From Vicugna vicugna (taxonomy: Eukaryota), in assembly GCA_013265495.1 (NCBI GenBank), contig MU057700.1, positions 1 through 64,000 of the forward strand: DNA of 64,000 nucleotides, given 5' to 3'. Below are positions 52,415 to 64,000 of the stretch, piece by piece. Below the pieces are notes generated by a model that saw only the letters and a list, made by a program, of their open reading frames with translations, was not told where the DNA came from and did not search any database. Made by a program: the position numbers and the translations under genes. Position 1 is the stretch's first letter, and each line of letters starts with the position of its first letter.

Positions 52415-53283
52415 TGTGAGGAATCCCCTAAAGTACTACAAACTTGGCTGCTAGCTCTCCAGTCTACAAATCACAGCAGGAATAATACATGATATCGTGA
52501 TCAATGGCCAATCATATAATTTCTTTCAAAGTCTGCTGAGGATTGGTCACAGCAAATCTGTTACTCAATTCGGGCAGAAACAGCAACAGTCATAGTTGTC
52601 TGGGCTGTTTGCCTCCTAGTGATGAACTGTTGTGGTTACTAAGAACTGCAAAACTCCTGGGATGCAGTGACTCCATCCAGACCTCTGCAGAGAGACAACC
52701 AAACTCTAGCATAAGGCCACATCCCTGGGATGAATCCCCTGACACCCATCCTTCTACCATGCCTTCCCGTGCGCAGACACACACGCACCCCATTAAAATG
52801 ATGTCAGAATTTACTGTTACTTCCAGCTTACACCTAATAATAGGCCCGTGACCTCCCTTTCCTAGAGCATTTACTAAAATGGACTTACAATTATGAATCC
52901 TTCTTCTGTTCCTTCAAGAAGTACACGAATCTCCCACAACTCAAAAGTGTCTCTCTCAAGGACATGAAAGCCTTTAGAATTAGTCATCAGAAGGAACAGA
53001 GACTCTGTCTTCCAATTTCTGTGGGATAGAAAGCTAACTTCAATAATTGCAGACCGATAGCACACACAGCCGGCCTAACTGCATTTACACTGACCAACTC
53101 TCTAATTTATCACTTCTCTGACTCAAGCCCCTGCTTGCCTCGCCCTCACTCTCCTTTTAAAGAGGCTAGACACCTCTGCATGAATCCGGGTGGAGGGCAG
53201 CTCTTACCCTTACTGTCAGTAGTTACTGAATAAAATCTGTTTTCATTGCTTTAACCTTTGTTCAGCAGTGTTTATCTTTGACA
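52415..53283 (+). mobile_element. Solo ERV1-like LTR (5' boundary uncertain)
   Basis: actgaataaaatctgttttcattgctttaac...tttatctttgaca U5-like end. Confidence 0.55.
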
Positions 53284-53332
53284 TAAACCCAAAGATATGA
53301 AATGGATTCCACATGTAAAATTTGTTTTGGAT

Positions 53333-53688
53333 GTCAAAACTGATGACCTGCCACATGCACAAAGAGGGTATAAAGAGGTTTATTACTCACAGAGTGAGGC
53401 TGTCTGGAGTGAACAAGGATGCTCCCAAGCAGGTCCACAAATGGCTTGAAAGAACAGGGGAGAGACTGCCATAGAGGTTTTATTACAGTTAAGGCATGGG
53501 ACTGAAGTATGGACTCCAATGCACATGCAGATGCTTGTGTGGTTTGAAGTTCCCTCCAGAGCCAGAGGAGGGAGCACCTGGGTTTTCATAGCCGTTTGCC
53601 CAGACGCCAACCAGAAGGGGAAGGAAGACTGGTGGAGCTTGAAAGCTGTTCTCAGTGAAACATCAAACGTGCAGTCAGACTATCACAC
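53333..53688 (-). mobile_element. ERVL-type solo LTR fragment
   Basis: Minus-strand gtgagtaataaacctcttt poly(A) region; TG...CA ends. Confidence 0.5.
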
Positions 53689-53689
53689 A

Positions 53690-53981
53690 AAGCCACATTA
53701 CATTTTACATAAAAAAAAAGGAAGAGGAAAATTAATGGGAAATTGACCAGCAAAGATGAAATTGCAGCAAAAAAAAAGTAATAATGCTAGAAGTGAAATT
53801 CTAATTGAACATAAATGGAAATAGCTGGGGGTGGGGCGTGAGGGGTGGAGGATGCCAACCAACACTGCCACCATTCAAGAGGCTCTAGATTTGCAACCAG
53901 AGGAACTTGCTGAAGGGGAACTCATTGCTATAAATGAGGGAAGTGACAAAAAGAAAAAGAGGTCCCAAAGGAAGTGATACT
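53690..53981. mobile_element. MER82/Tigger-like fragment
   Basis: gctctagatttgcaaccagaggaacttgctgaagg...cccaaaggaagtga. Confidence 0.55.
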
Positions 53982-54164
53982 GTTCTGAGGTTTTTTCTAA
54001 GCCATTGTGTTAGTCTTCTATGAGATGTTAGTCTTGCTATACTGATGTCCAGAACTTCAGAGAGTGTCCAGCAAACTGCTTCTGCACATGTAGTGAAACC
54101 AGTTGTCTCTTTCCAGCTCAGTTCTTTTAGGAAATTGTTAGAGTCACAAATTATTCAGGTAGTT

Positions 54165-54630
54165 CATTAGTAGCCTATGGATGCATTACAAATTGCCCAT
54201 GATTTAGTGGCTTAAAACAACAAATAACTATTATCTCACACCATTTCGGAAAGTCAAGAGCAGCTTATCTGGATGGTTTCAGCTCCGATTCTCTCTTGAG
54301 GTTACACTCTCAGCCAGGCTGCAACCATCTGAAAGCTTGGCCAGGGCAGACTCCACTTCCAGGATGGCAGCTCACAAGGCTCTTAGCAGAGGTCCCAGTT
54401 CCTGGCCATGTAGGCCTCTCAACACAGCAACTGGTTTCCCTCAGGGCAAGCAATTCAAGAGAGAGAGGTAGAAACCAGGGTCCTTTACAACCTTGCCTCG
54501 GAAGTGACATGCCACCACTTCTGCCACATCCTGTTGATCACGGAGGTGACCCCACTGCATTGTGGGAGGGGATTATACCAGAATGTGAATACCAGGGACT
54601 GGGATCACTGAGGGTGACAAATCACCTAGA
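54165..54630 (-). mobile_element. MLT1 (MaLR) LTR
   Basis: ttagtggcttaaaacaacaaataactattatctcaca motif. Confidence 0.7.
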
Positions 54631-54809
54631 AGGGAGATGATGGTGGCAGTGTCCTCTGTAGAATGCAATTACGGCCCTGTGTATGTGAGGGTCTTTGCAC
54701 CCAGCCATGTTTTTCTGTTCCAGATGTTTTTCTGCATTTCCTTTCATTTGCTGACTCTCTTCTCTTGTATTCTAATTTTGTTCTTTGTAAGTTTAAAAAA
54801 TGGTTCAGA

Positions 54810-55316
54810 TGGCTGGATAAAGAAGTTGTGGTATAACTATACAATGGAATACTACTCAGCCATAAAGAAGAATGAAACAATGCCATTTGCAGCAACATGG
54901 ATGGACCTGGTGTTTGTCATACTAAGTGATGTCAGACAGGGAAAGAGAAAGAAAAATACCATATGATATCATGCATATGTGGAATCTAAAAAAAGACACA
55001 AATGAACTTATTACAAAACAGACTCAGAGACATAGAAAACAAACTTATGATTACCAGTGGGGAGCGGGGTGGGAAGGGGTAAATTGGGAGTTCGAGATTT
55101 GCAGATATTAACTACTATATATAAAATAGACAAACAAGTTCCCACTACATAGCACAGGGAACTAGATATTTAATTGAAAATATTGAATATCTTGTAGCAA
55201 ACTATAATGAAAAAGAATATGGAAAGGAATATATGTGTGTATATGTATGATTGAAACATTATACTGTACACTAGAAATTGACATAACATTGTAAACTGAC
55301 TAGACTTCAAGTTTTT
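54810..55316 (+). mobile_element. Younger 5'-truncated L1
   Basis: L1 3' end; TSD aaaaat(g/a)gttcaga at 54796-54809 and 55317-55330. Confidence 0.88.
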
Positions 55317-56000
55317 AAAAATAGTTCAGACACATTTTCATAGTTGAGTGTAATTTACATAAGTTCAATTTCCGGTTTGGTGCATTTTGCTCATTTTTGT
55401 TTCTCTCCCAGTGTGAGGGTTGCAGGCTTTGTGATAGATCGAATTAGGGAATTCTGCTTTTAATCCTGAAGGGGAGGGATGTGTATCAACCTGTCACTAG
55501 GAGCAAAAGTCATATGGTAGACGGCATGCTCCCTGTATTCCTCTCTGATCTTAGAGGTCTGCTAGGGGACCACATGTTTAGGCTGAACAGCTGATTGGTA
55601 AACATGAATATTACTGCTGGACACAGTACAGAAGCCCATGTTTTCCATTATTTGAGACACTAATGTCCCCCAATATATATTTAAGCAGATTATATAAAAT
55701 GGGAGGCTTTGTTCCCTAATCAACTATAACCTGCCTCTATTGATGATCTATTTATTTGAGATACTATCCAGTTGCCTAGCCCTTAATATGACTGAAGATC
55801 AAGTTCAGAAGCAGGAGGGTCAGTTAGGAGGCCATTGCAATAATTCATGTACAAAATAACGGTGGTGGCTGGGGTAATATCACTGGAGATGGGGTGAAGT
55901 GGTCAAAATCCCAATATATTTTAGGGTGCAGCTGATAGGGTTTTTTTAGCAGTGCATGAGAGGTGTAATTGAAAGAGAAGAGTCAAAAAATGACTTTATT

Positions 56001-56120
56001 GGGAGGGTATAACTCAAGTGGTAGAGTGAATGCTTAGCAAGCATGAGGCTCTGGGTTCAATCCCCAGCATCTCCTCTAAACATAAATAAATAAATAAACC
56101 TAATTACCTCCCCCACCCCA
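56001..56120 (+). mobile_element. tRNA SINE within an L2 remnant
   Basis: gggagggtataactcaagtggtagag...gggttcaatcccc. Confidence 0.9.
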
Positions 56121-57189
56121 AAATAGACTTTGATGTTTTGGGCCTAAGTAATTGGGCAGGTGGAATTGTGACCGTCATGGGGAAAGACCAAGAGAAACAG
56201 GTTGATGGGGGAAGATTAGGAGCCTTGCGTTGGCCACAGTGATTTTAAGATGCCTATTTAACCAACATGCAAGGCTGTGCAAATGGTTGGAATACGTGGG
56301 TTCTGGATATCAGGGTAGAGGTCTGGATTAGAGATTTGAGTTTGAAATTTTTAGGGATATAGGTGTTATTTAATGCCTTATGATTTTAAAAAATCACATT
56401 AAGTGAACAGTCAGATAGAAAAGAGAAAAAGGCCCAAGCGTTAAGTCCTGCCCTAAACATCTGGTTATCTGGTATGAGTAGGGTGATTATCATCTAAGCA
56501 TCCAAACATGAACACTTTTGAGAATGAAAATGAGCACTACTAATCCTTAGGCCTAGAAAACAGGAGTAGACTAAGACTATCCCTTTCACATCGTAGGGAT
56601 GGTTTCCTTGCTGACGGCAGGGAGAATATACTGAATGCTCAAATAAATGATGTATGAAATAAGCATGAAATCATCTTCTGGAAGAAGGGAAGAGCAACTA
56701 GACTCTGTATTACATCTGCTGAACACGTGAAGAAACCATGTTGGTTGGTGGACACGAACTTAAACTGATCAGAATGACAGTGTTTTCAACCAAGTCCAGC
56801 TGCGTGGGTGTCAGAGCGTAACAGGCAACATTTGCCGAGTTTGGGGATTGATAAAGCAAGAATGGAGGGATTAATAATGACTGAGCATTAACGTTAAGCT
56901 GGGCAAGTAGGGAACGGGGACATCACTGGGTGAGGGGCACCTGGAAACGACAAGGCCTCAGACAGGATCATGACAAGGTGGCAAATAAGATCATTGGAGG
57001 GGAGGAGTCAAGGGATGAGCAACCAGTTTGTTAGACTTGTCATCTATGCGGATACTGAAATGACCAGTTTTGACATGGGCAGGTTGGAGAGAGTGAGCCA
57101 GTGAGACTAAAATTTTCAAAAAACAGGAAATGATCAAAGATCAGATCTGCACTTGGCAAAGACCCCTTTACAACTTCACAACCTTTCAT

Positions 57190-57317
57190 GGGGTGGGGGA
57201 GGTAATTAGGTTAGCTAATTAATTAATTTTACTTTTTAGGGGTGGTACTGGGGTTTGAATCCAGAACCTCATGCTTGCTAAGTATACAGTCAACCACTGA
57301 GCTATACCCTCCTCCCT
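57190..57317 (-). mobile_element. tRNA SINE
   Basis: Reverse of gggaggagggtatagctcagtggttga...gattcaaacccc. Confidence 0.88.
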
Positions 57318-58839
57318 GACAAATTGACTTTTAAAAATCAATTGTATCCAGGCTTTTTCCCGATTCAGGGTTTCCCTACTTTTCTAACTTTCCTGTTGGC
57401 CTTGAACATCTGTTGAAAGTAGGCAGTTTGTCCTTTGTGCACCTTGTGATTATTTTTCCATATCTCAAGTGGAGATGTAGTGGACCACTGGATTTCAAGA
57501 GATTTGTTGGACAGATTTTCAATGTGAAATGCTCTTCATAGGTATGAGACTAAAGACCCATCACGAGTATCATCCACCCTTGTAAAACTCTCCAGATCTC
57601 TAGGTTCTGGACAGTCCCATGTAGATCAAGGTTGTAACTGACTATCACACTTGAATAAATACCCCTTACTCATCATTCAGTGAAGAGAGCAAGAACATAT
57701 CTAAGAATAAATATAAGAGAAGGGATAATTCTTTCTTACGAAATAATTCCAATTAATAATTGTAGAAAGAATGAGAGGAATACAAAATCACCACTGGTCA
57801 AACACCATGGAAATAATTGTTATAGACAGATCCACCGATGGATACTAAGTAAAATCAGTGGGCAAACATAGACACTATATACATAATCTCAAAGTATTTC
57901 CGAACAAGAAAAGTATCACTTACAAGGGGAAAACAGTAACCTTATGGTGGAGAAACCCAAAAGAAACCATGTTAACCAAGTGACCAAAATTAATACCACC
58001 AGTAAAAGACAGAGACATCAAAGATGCACTGAGAAAGAAACATTACTTCCATGGTATTCCTGGCAAAAAATGCGTAATTCTAATCGAATTATAAAAATAT
58101 TAGACAGATTCAGTGAGAAACATTCTTAAATATAACTGACCAATACTTATCAAAATGTTAAGGTCATGAAAAACAAGACTGGAGAAGTGTCACAGACTGG
58201 GATGTGACACAACCAAATACAAAGTGGGATCCTGAACTGAATCCAAATAGGAAAAAAGAAATTAGGGGAACTGGTGGGATGTGAATAAAGTTAGTTGTTT
58301 AATGTATCATATCAATGTTAATTTCCTGGTTTCTGTGGCTCTGTAAGTTGTTGACATTAGGGGCGGCTGGAAGAACATACTTGAACCCACACTATCTTTT
58401 CAACTTCCCTGTAAATTTAAAATAATTTAATCATTAATCATTGGAGAAAAGCCAATCAAAACCACAATGAGGGACTAATTCACACCCATTAGGATGGTTA
58501 TCATCAAAAAAATAGAAGGTAAGTGTTGGTGAGGATATGGAGAATAAGAACCCTTGTGTGTCAATGGTGGGAATGTAATATACTGCAGCCACTGTGGAAA
58601 ACAGTACAGTGGTTCCTCAGAAAATTAAAAGTAGAATTACCATATGATCCAGCAATCCACTTCTGGGTATACACTCAAAAGAACTGAAAGCAGGGACTCA
58701 ATTTGCCCACTACTGTTTTTAGCGGCTATTATTTACAATAGCCAAAAGGTGGAAGCAACCCACGTATCCATCAATGGATAAACAAAACGTGGACCATACA
58801 AACAATGGAATATTCAATCTTAAGAAGGGAGGAAATTCT

Positions 58840-59635
58840 TTTTTTTTCTACAAAAAGTGTAAAGTTTTTTTTTTAATTGTGTAACAGAGGCAAAATTATT
58901 TAAGTCAATAAATTGTTTAAGAATTTCACATGTTCTGGGGGCAGGGTATAGCTCAGTGGTAGAGTGTGTGCCTAACATTCATGAGGTCCAGGGTTCAATC
59001 CCCAGTACAACCATTAAAAATCAATCAATCAACTGATTACCTCCTCCCACCAAGAAAAATAAATTAAAATTAAAAAAAATTTTTCACGTGTTCTGATTCT
59101 TTCCACTGCCCATCACCTTAGTTCCTCAATGTTTGAGTCATAATCTTCAAGATAGCCCTTTCAACAAGAATTTTTGCTCAATCAACAGTTGTCATGTCAG
59201 TCAGTCCATAGTTCTTTGAGTTTCTTTATTTCCAGTGGAACATGGACACACTTCAAAAACTCCTCACCTGTAATCTTTGGGATCCAATTTCATTAAGCAA
59301 TTTACTTTAGGATTATTACGTATTTGGGGTCAGGGAAGATGGATCTGCCTGGTTCTGAATTTAAACACCCTCTAAACATGCATTAAGTTCAAATCATATT
59401 TACTCCTAAGCTTATCACACCCTAAAACAGAACCGATCGTTGGGATATGCCAATATCTAAGATAAAGAGTTTGACTGTTAAGTTTTTCATAGTTTATATA
59501 GCAGCTCTGTCTTGTAGTTCTTTCGCACAGATCCAACATGTAGTTCTGTGAGTAAAGGAAAGCACACAGTTACTCTGAGACATTTCCAACTATGTAGGTC
59601 TACGGAAAAAGCCCCATCTAGACAGACCTCAACAG
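58840..59635 (-). pseudogene. 5'-truncated processed pseudogene of an unidentified gene
   Basis: 13-bp TSD gggaggaaattct (58827-58839, 59636-59648); A tail; decayed frame ...EEFLKCVHVPLEIKKLKELWTD*HDNC*LSKNSC*KGYLEDYDSNIEELR*WAVERIRTCEILKQFIDLNNFASVTQL... Confidence 0.75.
58937..59081 (+). mobile_element. tRNA SINE nested in the retrocopy
   Basis: A/B boxes; TSD tttcac(a/g)tgttct. Confidence 0.9.
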
Positions 59636-60459
59636 GGGAGGAAATTCTGAGACATGCTACAACAGTGACGAATCTTGAGGACATTATGAGAAGTGAAATT
59701 AGCCAGACACACAAAGACAAATAATTTATGATTCCACTCTCATGAGTTACCTACAATAAGCAAATTTATGGAAACTAAGTAGAATGGTGGTTGCCAGGTT
59801 CTAGAAGGAAGAGAAAATGGGGAGTTTTTAAATGGGTGTGGAGTTTCAGTTTTGCAAGATGAAAAGAATTCTGGAGATTGGTTGCACAACAATGTGAATT
59901 ACTTAACATTTCTGAACTGTACACTTAAAAATGGCAGATGGTAAATTTTATGTTATGTGTATTTTATGATTAAAAATAAGTTATAGAGATGGATAGTGGT
60001 GATGTATATGTAAATGCCACTGAACTGTACACTTAAACATGGGAAAATGGTAAATATTACACATATCTTACCACCATGAAATAGCTTCAAAATCAAAAAA
60101 AAATAAAATAACTCAGACTATAAAATTTTAAAGGAAAATATAAAGCCGAAGAGTCCTCAAGATGTGTATGAACCGAGAAGTGTTTAAAATTGGGTTGTGC
60201 ATATGCAAGAGACTGAGACATACAAAATAAAGGGATTACTAGAAAAAGAATGTTTTTCAAACTCTAAGTTTTTAGTTATACTACAGAACAGAGTACTGAT
60301 AAGTCCATTTAATAAGCTGGTTGCTTTTTCAATTACTTATTATCTGCAGACTCCACAATTTTCTACCCCTGGTTTCAGAAATGTTCAGAGATATTAAGGT
60401 TGCTTTTACTTTGCTTCACACTTCAAACTTCAGTATGCATTAAGAATTGTGCTCCTGCA

Positions 60460-60765
60460 CTAACGAACTCATCTACAAAAAGAAACAGACTCACAGTCAA
60501 GAAACGTACGGTTACTGGGGGAAAGAGGGTGGGAAGGGATAAATTGGGAGTTCAAGATTTACAAATATTAACCACTAGATATAAAGTAGATAAAAGACAA
60601 ATTTCTTCTGTATAGCACAGGGAACTATATTCAGTATCTTGTAGGAACCTATAATGAAAAAGAGTATGAAAACGACTATATGTATGTATATGTATGACTG
60701 AAACATTATGCTGTACACCAGAAACTGACAAAGTGTAACTGACTATACTTCAATTAAAAAAATTT
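60460..60765 (+). mobile_element. Younger L1 3' end
   Basis: gggaagggataaattgggagttcaagattt, atagcacagggaactatattc. Confidence 0.85.
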
Positions 60766-61402
60766 TTTTAATTATGTAAAATTTGAAATTGAAAGGCTCC
60801 TCCAAATAGATTGCTTATCGGATCATCACAGTGAAGGTGTTGTCAGGCACATGTTGTAGACCAGGAAATGGAAATGCTGAAGCTTTTTTTTACGTACTGT
60901 CTATTTCACACTTAAGAGCATCTCAAATCAGATGCTAAATTTTCCTCAGAAATATCTGACTTATATTTAGGTTTCATAAAATTTACTGTTAAAAAAATAT
61001 TCACCTACCAAGTTATTCCAGGTACACTTTAGTTTCCCAGTAACTGAATCGAATATCTGTATTTAAACTTACATTAAAATTAAAAGGAAAAATTCAGTTC
61101 CTTAGTCACACTAGCCACATTTCAAGTGCTCAGCAATCACCTGTGACAAGGCAGCTTTAGACAGATACTGCCTTTACAAGGACTATCTCTGTATGCATCC
61201 TGATTTGTGTTTCCACAGGGTTTGTACCTATCTCTTCATTGTACTTAACACATGTCATTCTAAAAGTGTGAGGGTTTCTATATCTTTTCTTGGAATTAGA
61301 ATATGTGATATTAAAGGCATCACTCTCATTCACCTTCCTATCCAGGAGTATCTGGCACCCTTCCTACCAAGAGGGACTCGGGCAAGTTGTTACATTTAGT
61401 AA

Positions 61403-61861
61403 TGTCATGGGTTGAATAGTGGCCTCTGCAAAGTATGTCCAAGTTCTAAATTCAGGAAGCTGTGAAGGTGACCTTGTTTGGAATAAGGGTCTTTGCAGAT
61501 GTAGTTCAAGTAAGGATCTGGAGATGAGATTATCCTGGATTAGGGTGGGCCATAAATCCAATGCAGGGTGTCTTTCTGAGAGACAGGAAAGAAGACATAC
61601 AGAGATACACAGAGGAAAAGGCCACGTGAAGATGGCAGCAGCGTTCAGAGGGCAGTCCCAACCCAAGGAACAACAAAGATTGCCAGCAGCCACCAGAAGC
61701 TATGAGAGGACTGGAATGGACTCCCTCTTGGAACCACCAGGAGGAGCCAACTCTGCAGAAGCTTTGATGTCCAACTTCTGGCCTCTAGCCCTGTGAGGTA
61801 ATAAATTCCCTTTTTAAGCCACCAGATTTGTGGCAATTTGCACAGCAGCCCTATTAATACA
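61403..61861 (+). mobile_element. MLT1 (MaLR) solo LTR
   Basis: tgtcatgggttgaatagtggcc...gggtctttgcagatg...ttttaagccacc...taataca; flanks agtaa/agtag. Confidence 0.85.
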
Positions 61862-62268
61862 AGTAGTCTGTGTCACAACCACAGAGCAGGGATCATGGCA
61901 GGAAGTAGAAAGTCTTAGACGAGTGATTGAAATAGTAAATCTCCACCCCAGATTTTATTACGATAAAAATGAAGACGGGTTTTGTGCCTGGAATACAGAT
62001 GGTATGCCATGAGGTTCTGAACATGGCTTTAGAAAAAAGAGATAATATAATCTTGTAACAGAATTAAGGGTTTTAGATAGCCCCTATATAACCTTTTACC
62101 TAATGATAAAACACTAAAATAAGTCCACCAAATTAAATCTGATAACCAAACAAGGAGACTTAGCATCACCATTATTAATATTGTCCCCAAATTCTTATCA
62201 ATACAATAATTCAAGAAACAGAAGTAGAATACCTATTAAAAAGAGATCAAGTTTTAAAAATGAATTGA

Positions 62269-62410
62269 GGGGGGAGGATATAGGTCAAGTGTTAGAGCTC
62301 ACGCTTAGCATACACATGGTCCTAGGTTCAATCCCCAGCACCTCCTCTAAAAATAAAACAAAAAAGTAAGTCTAATTACCTACCCCCCCAATTTTTTTAA
62401 AATAAATAAA
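62269..62410 (+). mobile_element. tRNA SINE
   Basis: A/B boxes; TSD tttaaaaatgaattga. Confidence 0.9.
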
Positions 62411-63169
62411 TTTAAAAATGAATTGAAGACAAAACTAAAGGAAAAAGAACTACTGAAATACTAGCAGGACATTTGAACTTAATTTAAGCAAATCACCTGA
62501 AAACTTCCCTGTTCACCAATAGTAATTTGATAAATACAATGAAGTTCTATTCGTATTGCTGTAAACATAAAAGTATCAAGGTATAACTTTACTGAGAAAA
62601 GCATGACATTTATAAGGACAAACTAGAAATTGTGTGCAGATACAAAACAGAATTTCTTACATGGGGTACAGTAAGGACAGGTGGAGCATCTCAGCACTGG
62701 GCCATCCAGCTGGGTCCAATCCCAGGACAACTGACACACGCCACCAAGGAGGGTGAACCTCTCACCTTCCCAGTCCATGGATTACAGTGTTTCCTTTGAT
62801 GTAGGGATTCCAAGAAATAGAATAGGCAATACATACAGATGGGGAATTGTGATTTATTAACAGAATCAGCAGAAGCAACAAGTTTCCGATATCCAGACCC
62901 TCCTGAGAAAAATTATCTTCTAAAACATTTGCTTCCTATCCCATCCCTTTCTTCACCATCTCTTCTGTCAACACAAATCCCTCATAAACCATCACTGAGA
63001 GACACATTTACAAACTCTGCGCCCTTAGGTTGCCAATTTTCTATTTGCTTGTTCCCTCATTTATAACAGCGGTGGTACACATCATGTTACATACACCGTA
63101 AGGGAGGTATTCTTAGGATATATTTCATTGCTGTTACTTCAACATAGTCCTAAGGGGTTTAACCAACAA

Positions 63170-63785
63170 ATCACTTTATAGTTTTATAGTTGGATCTGTG
63201 ATCCATTCTGAGTTAATATGTAAAGTGTGAGGTTTCAGTTAGGGTTCATTTTATTTGCAGATGGACATCTGGTCGTTCCAGCACTTATTTATAGGACTAT
63301 TCTTTTCCCGTTGAACTGTTGCAAATTGTTTCCATTGAATTTGTTGTCAAAAATTGGCCATGTCTGTGTCAATTTCTGGACTCTCTATTCTGTCCCACTA
63401 ACCAGTCTATCCTTCCACCAATACCATACCCTCTTGATTCCAATAGCTTTATAGTAAGTTTTAAAATTGGGTAGTAATGTGATTCCTCCAATTTTACCCT
63501 TTTTCAAAATAGTTCTGGCTACTCAGTCTTTTTTCATTACATACGCTATTTCTGGTAATTTTCATTGTTCAAAAGCCTGCTTTGTCTGATAGCAATACAG
63601 TCACATCAGATATCCTTTTTTTTTTTTTTTACTGTTTGCATGTTATACCTTTTCCCATCTCTTTAAAACTACCTATTATTTATAGGTAGTCATATACATA
63701 AGGACTCTTATACACATTGAGTCTTTTTTTAATCCACTCTGACAATCTGTCATTTTATTGGTGTGTTTGTGCCATTTATATTTCA
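63170..63785 (-). mobile_element. Antisense L1 fragments
   Basis: tctgtgatccattctgagttaat, ctggactctctattctgtcccact. Confidence 0.65.
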
Positions 63786-64000
63786 TGCCAAAAAGAGTTA
63801 ACATAGCAGGCCTGAGTCCCCTCTGCTTAGAAAGGCCTGCTTGCAAGACTGGCCCTTGGCTGGTATCTGAGAACTTACCTGGGAAACAGTTGCCTATGCT
63901 CAAATAAAACTTCACCTAAATGATTAAGAGTGGCTCAATACACACCTAACCTAACAAATGATGTGGTCACTGCTGAACACCTGCTTCCCTCATCAATCAT
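63786..64000 (+). mobile_element. MER21-group-like LTR, runs off the window
   Basis: aagagttaacatagcaggcctgag...aaggcctgcttgcaagactggcccttggctgg. Confidence 0.6.

Larger units (their letters stand above)
58450..60090 (+). mobile_element. L1 3' region hosting a retrocopy
   Basis: aaaaccacaatgag, gaattaccatatgatccagcaatccac; 3' UTR resumes at 59649. Confidence 0.8.

Overview
Mammalian genomic DNA, most likely camelid (Camelus/Vicugna-type tRNA-derived SINEs and L1 3' ends). I find no intact protein-coding gene; the supplied ORFs are chance frames, L1 remnants or pseudogene pieces. Exon-by-exon reading shows four dead genes. (1) On + at ~2.1-13.3 kb, a multi-exon anthrax-toxin-receptor-like (ANTXR/ANTXRL family) pseudogene that the ORF track hides: nine exons found, with frameshifts, a stop and broken splice sites, and the Ig-distal/transmembrane exons not found. 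(2) On - at ~28.4-50.9 kb, a KRAB zinc-finger pseudogene resembling ZNF487, with an intact-looking CpG-island promoter, disabled KRAB exons, a SINE in the last exon and essentially no C2H2 array. (3) A TSD-bounded processed MESD pseudogene inside the ZNF intron, with apparently AT->GC-biased substitutions. (4) An unidentified TSD-bounded retrocopy nested in an L1 and itself hit by a SINE. There is also an orphan CpG island at ~16 kb on a sharp GC-rich/AT-rich boundary, plus dense L1/L2/LTR/DNA-transposon debris. Protein comparisons come from recalled human sequences, not database searches, and repeat boundaries are approximate.
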